Of a stretch of 64,000 nt of DNA, positions 26,113-35,257 are shown piece after piece. The position numbers and the translations under genes were made by a program. The stretch is taken from assembly GCA_020344755.1 (NCBI GenBank), contig CP070829.1, positions 472,973 to 536,972 of the forward strand, written 5' to 3'. This stretch comes from Gemmatimonadales bacterium (GTDB taxonomy: Bacteria; Gemmatimonadota; Gemmatimonadetes; Longimicrobiales; Gaopeijiaceae). The notes under the pieces are model-generated. The model did not search any database and was not told the origin of the DNA. It was given only the letters and a program-made list of their open reading frames with translations. Positions within the stretch are counted from its first letter, which is position 1. The number at the start of each line of letters is the position of its first letter.

Positions 26113-27423
26113 CTACTCGGTAGTGAAGATCTGGAATCCAGCGTACGACTCGATGCCGTGCTCGTCGATGTCGAGGCCCCGCAACTCGGTCTCGTGCGAG
26201 ACCCGAAGCCCCAGCACCGAGTCGATGGCCTTGAAGACGATCCACATGGCGACGGCGGTGAAGCCGAGGGCCGCCACGACGCCCAGCATCTGGACGCCCA
26301 GGGCACCGAATCCGCCACCCATGAACAGCCCGTCGGCCGACGCCCCGTACGCCTCGCGGCCCCAGAGCCCCACGGCCAGCGTACCGAAGACGCCGCAGAG
26401 GCCGTGGACCGCCACCGCCCCCACCGGGTCGTCCACCCGCAGGGCGTCAATCCAGGCGATGCCGTAGATGCACAGCACCCCGGCGATCGCTCCAATGAAG
26501 AGCGCGGCTCCCGGGCCGACGGCTGCACACGGGGCCGTGATGGCCACCAACCCCGCGAGGGCTCCGTTCAAGGCGAGCATCAGGTCCGGCTTCCCGTAAC
26601 GGATCCAACTGGTCACCATTGCCGTGACGGTCGCGATGGACGGAGCCAGGGTCGTGTTGATCGCAACCCGGGCCACCACGTCCGGCTCCCCCATGCCCAG
26701 CGTGGAGCCCGCGTTGAAGCCGTACCACCCGAACCAGAGGATGAAGACCCCCAACGACGCGAGCGGGAGGCTGTGGCCGCCAATGGCGTTGGGGGAGCCG
26801 TCGGCGTTGAACTTCCCGTACCGGGGACCGAGTACCCATGCCCCGACCAGACCGCTGACGCCGCCCACGGCATGAACCACCGTGGATCCCGCGAAGTCGT
26901 GGAAGCCGATGTCGGCCAGCCATCCCCCGCCCCACACCCAGTGCCCGACGATGGGATAGATGAAGGCGGACAGGATGAAGGAGTACGCCAGGTAGGAGGT
27001 GAACTTCATCCGCTCCGCCACCGCCCCGGCGACGATGGTGGCTGCCGCTCCCGCGAAGACGGCCTGGAAGAGCCAGAAGGCCTCGACGGGAACGCCTTCC
27101 ACCGGTGACTCGGCGCCGGCGAGAAACCACCCCTCGGTGCCGAAGAGCAGCCCCTGCGTGCCGTACATGATGGCGTAGCCAAAGATGAAATAGCCCAGGG
27201 CGGCGAAGGCAAAGTCCAGGAGGTTCTTCATCAGGACGTTGCCCGCGTTCTTGGTACGGACCAGCCCGGCTTCCAGAACACTGAACCCCGCCTGCATGAA
27301 GAACACCAGGATGGCCGCGATCAGGATCCAGAGGGTGTCCAGGGCATTCAAGGCGGCAGCGTCCTGGACCCTGGCAACCAGGGCCGATACGGCCGGGATC
27401 ACGTCGGGGAATGCAGAGCCCAT
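26113..27423 (-). CDS. amtB: Ammonium transporter
   Basis: FFMQAGF, DFAGSTVVHAVGG, LWFGWYGFNAGS, GALAGLVAITA, DDPVGAVAVHG (twin His). Confidence 0.96.
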   Translation of the reverse strand: MGSAFPDVIPAVSALVARVQDAAALNALDTLWILIAAILVFFMQAGFSVLEAGLVRTKNAGNVLMKNLLDFAFAALGYFIFGYAIMYGTQGLLFGTEGWFLAGAESPVEGVPVEAFWLFQAVFAGAAATIVAGAVAERMKFTSYLAYSFILSAFIYPIVGHWVWGGGWLADIGFHDFAGSTVVHAVGGVSGLVGAWVLGPRYGKFNADGSPNAIGGHSLPLASLGVFILWFGWYGFNAGSTLGMGEPDVVARVAINTTLAPSIATVTAMVTSWIRYGKPDLMLALNGALAGLVAITAPCAAVGPGAALFIGAIAGVLCIYGIAWIDALRVDDPVGAVAVHGLCGVFGTLAVGLWGREAYGASADGLFMGGGFGALGVQMLGVVAALGFTAVAMWIVFKAIDSVLGLRVSHETELRGLDIDEHGIESYAGFQIFTTE

Positions 27424-27639
27424 GGGGAGCTCATCTCCACGGCTTGAGTCATGGTTTGGGCAGGTGGCGAGGCTTGGACGGCGCGGGCAACATGGCCAGC
27501 CCCCATGAGCCACGCCACCCCCCCCTGCGGGCATACGAACTCCACGGATTGCGCCCCGCACCGGAGGCCCTCTACCATCCCGCGCGACCTGCCCACCGAT
27601 CATCGGCCTGGCCGCCCGCGTGGGCACGATTCCTCTGGA

Positions 27640-28140
27640 ATGGGAGCCGAAGTGAGAAGATCCTGGTCGGAGACCGCGCGCCGTGGACTGACCGAATTCG
27701 TGGTCATCGTCGTCGGCGTCCTGGCCGCGCTCTGGATCGACGCCGGGTGGTCGTGGCTTCAGGACCGGGACGAGGAGCGGCTGATCCTCGCCGACCTGGC
27801 TTCCGACTTCGAGGCGAACCTCGCCACCCTGGATGAGACCATCGCGGTCCACGACCGGCAGCTCCACGCCGTGGAGCGTGGCCTCAACACCGATCTGGCC
27901 TCCATTCCCATGGACGAGCTGTCCCCCATGACCCGCGCCGTCTTCACCCTGGAGACCTTCCTGCCCCGCCGAGGGGCCCTGGACGCGGCCATCTCGTCCG
28001 GGAGGGTCAATCTCATCCGGGACCACAGACTCCGGTCCGAATTGGCGGGCTGGGGTCGTCTCGTGGTGGAAGCCCGGCCCGACTTCCTGGCTCTGCGGGA
28101 AGAGACGCAGCGGATTCTCGACATGATCCTGGCCCATTGA
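27640..28140 (+). CDS. Hypothetical membrane-anchored protein
   Basis: EFVVIVVGVLAALWID TM followed by a helical region; start uncertain (ATG 27640 or GTG 27652). Confidence 0.65.
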   Translation: MGAEVRRSWSETARRGLTEFVVIVVGVLAALWIDAGWSWLQDRDEERLILADLASDFEANLATLDETIAVHDRQLHAVERGLNTDLASIPMDELSPMTRAVFTLETFLPRRGALDAAISSGRVNLIRDHRLRSELAGWGRLVVEARPDFLALREETQRILDMILAH

Positions 28141-28291
28141 GGGCGGGAGGGCGGGAGGGCCAAACTCCCGATCCCCGCAGTGGCGCATCAGCACCGACGA
28201 CGCGGCTCCTGCTTCCTCCTCGGCCCGCCGACTCTTGCGAGGGAAATGGGGGCCGATGGATCTTGCCCCCCTTCTCCTCCCCGACCGGCGC

Positions 28292-30874
28292 ATGCCCGAC
28301 CTCCCCCCCCAACTGACTGCGGCCCTCGAAGACCGCTACCGCGTCGAGCGAAGGCTCGGCGAGGGCGGGATGGCCACGGTCTATCTCGCCGAGGATCTCC
28401 GGCACCATCGGCCCGTGGCGCTCAAGGTCCTCAAGCCGGAGCTCGCCGCCATGGTGGGCGCCGACCGCTTCCTGACGGAGATCCGCACCACGGCGCGCCT
28501 GCAGCACCCCCACATCCTTCCCTTGCACGATTCGGGGGAGGCGGAGGGGCTCCTTTTCTACGTGATGCCGTACGTGGAGGGCGAATCCCTCCGTGACCGC
28601 CTGGACCGGGAGCGGCAGCTCCCGGTGGAGGACGCGGTCCGCATCGCGAGGCAGCTGTCCGAGGCGCTGGACTACGCGCACCGACAGGGCGTGGTCCACC
28701 GCGACATCAAGCCGGCGAACGTCCTCCTGGTGGACGGCAATCCGGTACTGGCGGACTTCGGTATCGCCCTCGCGGTAGGCGCCGCAGGCGCGGGTCGGCT
28801 GACGGAGACCGGGCTTTCCCTCGGGACGCCCCATTACATGAGTCCGGAACAGGCGACCGGAGAAGGTCACGTGGGGCCGGCCACGGATCTCTACGCCCTG
28901 GGCTGCGTGCTCTTCGAGATGCTGGCTGGAGCGCCGCCCTACGTGGCCGGGACCGCCCAGGGGGTCCTGGGGAAGATCCTGACCGAGCCGGTTCCCAGCG
29001 CCACGGCAGAGCGTCCGAGCGTTCCGGCCCACGTTGACGCGGTCATCCGAACCGCCCTGGAGAAGGTGCCCGCCGACCGGTTCCGCCGGGGTGCGGAGTT
29101 CGTCTCCGCCCTGGAGGATCCCGCCTACCGGGGTCGCGCGCAGGACCGTTCGGCCTCGGAGTCCCGTGACACGGCGGCAGGGTCGTGGGTTCGGACGGCC
29201 GCGGCGATGGCGGCCACCGCTGTGGTGGTGGCGCTGGCCATGTCCGTCATCGGGGACGATTCAGCGGGATCCGAGTTCCAGGTGGTTGCCGTCGACGTCT
29301 CCGACCTCGGAGGCGGGGCGCAGGTGCGCCTCTCCCCCGACGGACGGAATCTCCTGGCCCGGTCCGAGGGGCGGCTCTGGATTCGTGGCCTCTCCGACTT
29401 CACCTGGCGCGAGCTGCCCGGCACCGAGGGGGCGCTGACCCACGGTTGGGCGCCGGACGGCACGTGGATCACCTTCACGGTCGGGGACGAGGTCCGCAGG
29501 GTGGCACCGGACGGGGGGCCCGCCAGCACCCTCTTTCGACTCCCCGACGCCTGCTCCTGGCCCGACATCTGTGGCTCCACCTGGGGGTGGGATGGCCGGA
29601 TCTGGGCGGTAACCGGCTTCGATGACGTGCTGGTGGCGCCGCAAGACGGCGGCCCTCCCGAGCCCCTCTTCCAGCCCGCAGAGGGGGTGCACTATCACCT
29701 CCCCCTTCCACTCCCCGGAGGGGCGGCTCTCCTGGGTGCGGACGACGAGGTGGGCGGGCTTCGATGGGAGCTGTGGGACGGCGAGCAGGTCCTGCCCCTG
29801 GAGGGAATCGGGTTCCCGGCGGTGTACGGCGACGGCCGTGTGTATCACCAGCGCGGATCGGAGATCTGGGCCACCCCCTGGTCCGAGGACGAACGGACCT
29901 TCTCGGGACCGGCCGTATTCGTCGCTCCGGAGGCGCTGGTGCTCGGCGCGGGCGAGGACGGATCGATCCTCGCCCAACCGATCCGGCCCGGGCCCGAGCC
30001 TCGGCGGGAACTGGTCTGGGTGGATCGCCAGGGGCGGGAGACGGACTCGGCCATCCAGCCACCGTCGGGGTCCGGTCGGGTCGACGCGGTGGGGCTGTCG
30101 CGGGGGGGAGACGTGCTCTGGAGGGACGAGGACCGGCTCTGGTACGCGGGCGCCGACGGGGTCGGAGCGAGCCTCGTCCCCTCCGTGCAGGACAGCGAGG
30201 CAAGCTTCGGGGCGTGGAGCCCGGACGCTTCGGTGGTCTTCGTGGACCTGGACCAGCCCGGACGGGAGCGGCACGAGTCGCCCATCCTCCGGGTCGACCT
30301 CCGCTCGAGGAGCGTGGAGCCCGTGGTACCCCGGGGGAAGACGCCCTCGGTGTCGTTCGATGGAAGTGCGCTGGTGTTCGACGTGGGCGACGTGGGGGAG
30401 GGAGAGCTCCGGATCCTCGACCTGGCGACGGGTCAGGAGCGCCCCTTCACGGCGGGCTTCCCCATCGAACAATCTCCGGCACTCTCCCCAGGCGGGCCCT
30501 GGATCGCGTTCGTCACGCAAGACCGCCCCGGTGGGGACCAGGACCTCTGGGTGGCCCGCTTTCCCGACGGCGACGCCCCGGTCTTGATCGAGCGCGGCGT
30601 CACCGGCCGGCGACCGATATGGAGCCGCGACGGGAGCCGGCTCTACTTCGCGCAGGACGAGACACTCCACGAGGTCCGGCTGAGCCCTTCCGCGAACGGT
30701 CTACGGATCGACGGTCGGGACTACCTCTTCCGGCTGGACGGTCAGGGGTTAGCCGCGAGTTCACTGGTGGCCGATTCCGCCGGCGTCCGCTTTCTGCTCG
30801 GCGGGCTGCGGGAGGGCTCCGGGGCGGGCGACCGCACGCTCATGCTGCTCCAGAACTGGCGACCGGATCGCTAG
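28292..30874 (+). CDS. Hanks-type Ser/Thr protein kinase with TM and C-terminal PD40/TolB-like propeller
   Basis: LGEGGMATVY, VALKVL, HRDIKPANVLL, DFGIA, GTPHYMSPEQ; SPDG repeats. Confidence 0.93.
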   Translation: MPDLPPQLTAALEDRYRVERRLGEGGMATVYLAEDLRHHRPVALKVLKPELAAMVGADRFLTEIRTTARLQHPHILPLHDSGEAEGLLFYVMPYVEGESLRDRLDRERQLPVEDAVRIARQLSEALDYAHRQGVVHRDIKPANVLLVDGNPVLADFGIALAVGAAGAGRLTETGLSLGTPHYMSPEQATGEGHVGPATDLYALGCVLFEMLAGAPPYVAGTAQGVLGKILTEPVPSATAERPSVPAHVDAVIRTALEKVPADRFRRGAEFVSALEDPAYRGRAQDRSASESRDTAAGSWVRTAAAMAATAVVVALAMSVIGDDSAGSEFQVVAVDVSDLGGGAQVRLSPDGRNLLARSEGRLWIRGLSDFTWRELPGTEGALTHGWAPDGTWITFTVGDEVRRVAPDGGPASTLFRLPDACSWPDICGSTWGWDGRIWAVTGFDDVLVAPQDGGPPEPLFQPAEGVHYHLPLPLPGGAALLGADDEVGGLRWELWDGEQVLPLEGIGFPAVYGDGRVYHQRGSEIWATPWSEDERTFSGPAVFVAPEALVLGAGEDGSILAQPIRPGPEPRRELVWVDRQGRETDSAIQPPSGSGRVDAVGLSRGGDVLWRDEDRLWYAGADGVGASLVPSVQDSEASFGAWSPDASVVFVDLDQPGRERHESPILRVDLRSRSVEPVVPRGKTPSVSFDGSALVFDVGDVGEGELRILDLATGQERPFTAGFPIEQSPALSPGGPWIAFVTQDRPGGDQDLWVARFPDGDAPVLIERGVTGRRPIWSRDGSRLYFAQDETLHEVRLSPSANGLRIDGRDYLFRLDGQGLAASSLVADSAGVRFLLGGLREGSGAGDRTLMLLQNWRPDR

Positions 30875-31806
30875 CGGCCTCGACGGCTGCGACCCGGGGA
30901 GTCCACTCGAGCGGTGTCGGGCTGCGGCACTTCCGGAGGCGGCTCCCGACCCGGGACGAGTCGGTCCAGAATCATCTCCTGTCGCCAGCGCATCTGCCCC
31001 GGATTGTGGGCCGGGTTCGAGGTGAGGGGGTGGGGAAGCGTCCCGGCCAGGGCCGCAGCCTGCGCAATCGTCAGCTCCCGGGCCGACGTCCCGAAGTAGC
31101 GCTGAGCCGCCGCTTCGGCACCGAAGATCCCCGGCCCCCACTCCACCAGGTTCAGGTAGAGCTCCAGGATCCGGTCCTTTCCCAGGCGCCGTTCCAGGCG
31201 CCGGGCCACCACGAGCTCCAGCGCCTTCCTCAGGAAGCTCCGTTCGGTCCCGAAATACAGGTTCTTGGCCAGCTGCTGGGTCAGCGTGCTCCGGCCACGC
31301 AACTCGTCCTGGTGGCTCCGGACGTAGCGCAGTGCGCGGACCAGGGCCGCAAGGTCCGAGGGACTCCGCCACTTGAACTCGTCGTCACCCGTCCACTCCA
31401 CCTCTTCTGCCAGGGACACCCAGTCCACGCCCTCGTGCTCCCGGAAGCGGTAGTCCTCCGCCACGATCACCGCACGGACGAGGTTCGGTGAGATCTCCGG
31501 AAGGGGAAGCCACTCCTGCCGGATGAGCAGGGTGTCGCCCACCAGCCGGGCCTCACGGATCCGCTGCTCCATGAGGGCAGTCCGGTGGGGGTTCCGGCTC
31601 CCCAGCGTCCAGGGGTACGGGATGACGACAAAGACCAGGATCACGGACAGGACCATCGCCGCGGCGGCCGCCACCAGGAGCACCCGGAGCCACCGGAGAC
31701 GGCCCCGGGAGACCCCTTGGCCGCCATCTCCCACCCCCTCGCCATCCGGCGGGCGGAGGAACCAGCCCCGAGCGGCACGGAGGGACCACCCGCGTCTCCG
31801 GCTCAT
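30871..31806 (-). CDS. mtgA: Monofunctional peptidoglycan transglycosylase (GT51)
   Basis: AEDYRFREHEGVD, GRSTLTQQLAKNLY, RKALE, ILELYLN; ATG overlaps the upstream stop. Confidence 0.88.
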   Translation of the reverse strand: MSRRRGWSLRAARGWFLRPPDGEGVGDGGQGVSRGRLRWLRVLLVAAAAAMVLSVILVFVVIPYPWTLGSRNPHRTALMEQRIREARLVGDTLLIRQEWLPLPEISPNLVRAVIVAEDYRFREHEGVDWVSLAEEVEWTGDDEFKWRSPSDLAALVRALRYVRSHQDELRGRSTLTQQLAKNLYFGTERSFLRKALELVVARRLERRLGKDRILELYLNLVEWGPGIFGAEAAAQRYFGTSARELTIAQAAALAGTLPHPLTSNPAHNPGQMRWRQEMILDRLVPGREPPPEVPQPDTARVDSPGRSRRGR

Positions 31807-33038
31807 CGCAGGGGCCGGACCCAGATGTTGCGGAAGCTGATGGGCGGACTCGGATCGCCGTGGGCCTGGAGCATGATGGGTGCCTCGCCATGGGGCCGGT
31901 ACACGGGCACTCCCCGGTAGAGCGTCCGGCCTTTCAGCACCACATCGTTCTGCACCACCACGCCGTTGAAGAGGGCGGTGACGCGGGCGGGCGACTCCAG
32001 CACCCCCTCCTCGTTGAACCGGGGGGCGGTCCAAAGGACATCGTACGTCTGCCAGGAGCCCGGCGGACGCGCCGGGTTGGCCAGGGGGACATGCTGCTTG
32101 TAGACGCTTCCCGCCATGCCATTCACGTAGGTGGCGTTCCCGTACGAGTCCAGGATCTGGAGTTCGTAACCTCCGGGAGGATCCCCGGCGAAGGCCAGGT
32201 AGAGGCCGCTGTTGCCCCGGGCCTGCCCCTCCCCGGTGATCTCCTCCGGCACCCGCCACTCCAGGTGGAGCTGGTAGTCCCGGAACCGGCGCCGCGTCTG
32301 GATGTCACCCACCGACTTGTCCACTGTGACCACCCCGTCCGCCACCGTCCAACCCGCCGGTGTGTTGTCGCGGACGTTCACCCACTCCGAGAGGTCCGAC
32401 CCGTCGAAGAGGACGATGGCGTCGTCCGGTGGCGAGGTCGGGCCGGCGTAGCGCCCGGGACGGACCGTCCGGGGTACCGGCTCCCACACCTCCGTGTCCT
32501 CGGGACGGGGGGCGGGGCCCGAACCCACCGCTCCCCTGCCGGCCTCCGTCGACTCTCCTGCGGCGTCCCACGCCTCCTCCGGCGCTGGCCCCTTCTGGTA
32601 CTCCATGAGCATCCGCCAGGCGCCGTCGACCCGCACCAGGAGGGCCTCGAAGTGCACCGTGGCGACGCTCGCCTCACCGCCCCGGGGTCGAAGGGAGTAC
32701 CGAAAGATCCCCGTCTCGTGGGCGCTGGCCGCGTCGTGGAGTCGCCGGGTGAAGCGGAACTCCACCTCCGCGGCCGCCCTACCCTCCCGCACGTCCACGA
32801 ATCCGGGCTCCCACCCTTCCAGGGCCCGGGCGATGGGAACACTCGTCCCGGAGGCCAGCGAGACCAGGACCGCATCCGGATGGTAGAGGGAGGCGTACCC
32901 CCGGAAGTCCCCGTCCGCCACCGTGCGGGACACCTCGGCCCAGTACGCGTCCAGGCCATCGGGGAGCTGTCCCTGGGACGGTACGGGCACGAGAAGCGTG
33001 GCACCCACGAGAAGGGAGCCGAGATTGCGAGGGCTCAT
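31803..33038 (-). CDS. Secreted NTF2/SnoaL-like domain fused to DUF1080 (3-keto-disaccharide hydrolase-like)
   Basis: Signal peptide; YHPDAVLVS...HETGIFRY; then PEDTEVWEPVP, DAIVLFDG, LHLEWR, GNSGLY, YELQILDS, LQAHG. Confidence 0.8.
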   Translation of the reverse strand: MSPRNLGSLLVGATLLVPVPSQGQLPDGLDAYWAEVSRTVADGDFRGYASLYHPDAVLVSLASGTSVPIARALEGWEPGFVDVREGRAAAEVEFRFTRRLHDAASAHETGIFRYSLRPRGGEASVATVHFEALLVRVDGAWRMLMEYQKGPAPEEAWDAAGESTEAGRGAVGSGPAPRPEDTEVWEPVPRTVRPGRYAGPTSPPDDAIVLFDGSDLSEWVNVRDNTPAGWTVADGVVTVDKSVGDIQTRRRFRDYQLHLEWRVPEEITGEGQARGNSGLYLAFAGDPPGGYELQILDSYGNATYVNGMAGSVYKQHVPLANPARPPGSWQTYDVLWTAPRFNEEGVLESPARVTALFNGVVVQNDVVLKGRTLYRGVPVYRPHGEAPIMLQAHGDPSPPISFRNIWVRPLR

Positions 33039-33155
33039 GGCCGATCTCCAGGCGGAGGAGTGACGGGAGGAAGGCACTGTCCTCCGCCCAAGATGTGGCC
33101 CCCCCAGGCGGGGCGCGACCGGAAGGGCAAGTGTGGGGCTCCGGCTCGTTCGTCC

Positions 33156-34739
33156 CTACACGATCCTCCTGGCCACCGGATCCCAACGCACCTTTCGGTT
33201 CTCCCGGTAGGCCCGGGTCGCCATGTGGCAGGTGATGGCCTCCTCGAAGCCCCGCTCGATGCCGCAGCTCGTCTCGGCGTTCCCCCGGATCGCGTCGATC
33301 CACTCCTTGATGTGGAGGTGGTACGAGTTGACCATCTTGCCGTCCCGGTAGGTGTAGAGCAGCCCCCGCTGGGCGAAGTACGCCGCGGTAGCCGACGTCA
33401 CCGCGTCCACCCCCGACGTCCGGGGGTTGTACGAGAACATGGGCCGGGTGGGATCGATGACGTCGCCGGCGATCTTCTCGGCATACCGGGTGGAGTACTG
33501 GTCCGCGGTGACGTGCACCGTCTGGCCCACCTGCATGGTGGCGTCGTGCCCCATGAAGACCTGGCCCCGGTAGAGGCTGTTGGCCAACGTGGCGCTGTAC
33601 ATCAGCGTCAGGTCCCGCTCCGGGTACTCGCACACGGCCTGCCAGACGTCCGGCACTTCCCGGCCATCCTTGAAGTAGTAGATCCCCCCCGACGACACGA
33701 CGGTGTCGGGAATGCCGATCCCCAGGATCTGGTTCACCGCGTCGTATTCGTGGGACATGAGGTCCCCGGAAAGCCCCGTGCCGTAGTCCCACCAGCACCG
33801 CCACCGGAAGAAGCGCTCCGGGCTGAAGGGGACCTTGTTCTCCGAGGGTTCCTGGAACTGCTCCCAGTCGATGGTCGCGGGGGTGCCCCGATCGTCGATG
33901 CCGTAGACCCAGGCGCCCCAGGGCGCGTTCCGGTTGGTGGTGACCTCCACCAGGGAGACGTGGCCCAACACACCGGCGTCCACCACCTCCCGGGCCTTGA
34001 TGTGGGTCTCGGACTGGCGCTGCTGGTGCCCCACCTGGAAGGTGATATCGGAGGCGGTGACCGCATCGTACATCTGATGGGCCTCCTCCTCCGTCCGGGT
34101 CATGGCCTTCTCGACGTAGAGGTGCTTTCCCGCCGCCACCGCGTCCAGGGCGATGCGGGTGTGCCAGTGATCCGGGGTGGCGATGACCACCGCGTCCACG
34201 TCGCTCTCCAGGAGCTCGGTGTAGCGGCGGTACCGGGTCGCCTGCCCGGCGGTGGCGCCTCCCGGACCGTCGGCGTTCGCGGCCGCCGCCCGGGCGCGCT
34301 CGGCCCGCACGTCGAAGAGATCGCACACCGCGGTGATGGAGACATTCAGGTCCTCCTGCCCCATGAACACCTCGAGGGTCCGGTTGGCGGGGTTCTCCAG
34401 GTTGTTCCTCGCCTCCGCCTCGATCCAGTCTGGGTGGGCGAAGCCCAGGCACCGTCCCAGCGACTCCCCTTCCCCGCCGAAGCCGACGATGCCCACCCGC
34501 ACGCGGTCACCCGGCGGCCGGGAGATGGCGTCCGGGATCACCGCGGGGGCGCGGCCCTCGAGCCCCAGCTCCGCCATGATGGCTTCCCGCTTCGCATCGT
34601 CCGCCAGCTTCTTCTCGTACCACCCGGCGAAGAACACCCCCAGCACCGGCACCGAGGCCAGCGCCTTCAGCACGTCGCGGCGGCCGATGCCCGCGGACTC
34701 GACCTGTCCTTCCGTGTCCTTCACGGATTCGTCGCTCAT
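33156..34739 (-). CDS. Gfo/Idh/MocA oxidoreductase with a twin-arginine-like N-terminus
   Basis: RRDVLK, VRVGIVGFGG, VIATPDHWH, YVEKAMT, FQVGHQQR, GDLMSHEYD. Confidence 0.9.
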   Translation of the reverse strand: MSDESVKDTEGQVESAGIGRRDVLKALASVPVLGVFFAGWYEKKLADDAKREAIMAELGLEGRAPAVIPDAISRPPGDRVRVGIVGFGGEGESLGRCLGFAHPDWIEAEARNNLENPANRTLEVFMGQEDLNVSITAVCDLFDVRAERARAAAANADGPGGATAGQATRYRRYTELLESDVDAVVIATPDHWHTRIALDAVAAGKHLYVEKAMTRTEEEAHQMYDAVTASDITFQVGHQQRQSETHIKAREVVDAGVLGHVSLVEVTTNRNAPWGAWVYGIDDRGTPATIDWEQFQEPSENKVPFSPERFFRWRCWWDYGTGLSGDLMSHEYDAVNQILGIGIPDTVVSSGGIYYFKDGREVPDVWQAVCEYPERDLTLMYSATLANSLYRGQVFMGHDATMQVGQTVHVTADQYSTRYAEKIAGDVIDPTRPMFSYNPRTSGVDAVTSATAAYFAQRGLLYTYRDGKMVNSYHLHIKEWIDAIRGNAETSCGIERGFEEAITCHMATRAYRENRKVRWDPVARRIV

Positions 34740-35245
34740 GCTGCCTCCACGGCTGTGCCGGACTTCACGAAGAGTCGATCGAGGCCGACACGGTGGCCGG
34801 TGGGAAGCGCCAGCAGCACCACCAGCGCGGCCAGCTCCACCAGGACCTTGTTGACGATGATGTAGCTGCCCTCGGTGGGCAGAGAGTACTCCAGCCCCGG
34901 GAAGGGCGGGGCCGCCAGGTAATACAGGGCCAGGAGCACGATCCCGGCGACGGTGGCCGTCCGGGTGAGGATCCCCACCAACAGGGCGAGTCCGATGAGG
35001 GTGAGGCCCCACTCGTTCAGGACATCCACGACGCTCACCGCCCCGGGGTTGAGGGCCAGGTCACGGAAGGTCTCCGAAAACCAGCCCTGGGAATCCTGCA
35101 GATAGCTCACCGAGGTCCACTGGGGATTCGTGATCTTGGTCACTCCCTCGTACAGGAAGTGCCAACCCACCAGCATCCGCAGGACCACCAGAGCGGTGAG
35201 CTGGAAGCCGCCGTATTGGGCGGCGTCAACGTGCGCTCGACGCAT
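34736..35245 (-). CDS. DoxX/DoxD family membrane protein
   Basis: LRMLVGWHFLYEGVTKI, GLALLVGILTR, IVNKVLVE; GGGAG RBS. Confidence 0.85.
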   Translation of the reverse strand: MRRAHVDAAQYGGFQLTALVVLRMLVGWHFLYEGVTKITNPQWTSVSYLQDSQGWFSETFRDLALNPGAVSVVDVLNEWGLTLIGLALLVGILTRTATVAGIVLLALYYLAAPPFPGLEYSLPTEGSYIIVNKVLVELAALVVLLALPTGHRVGLDRLFVKSGTAVEAA

Positions 35246-35257
35246 GGTTCTCCCTTC

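Noticed and set aside
27480-27510. Possible sigma54 promoter (TGGC...TTGC) upstream of amtB
   Set aside because: The GG-to-GC spacing in CTGGCCATGTTGC is 7 nt, not the required 10.
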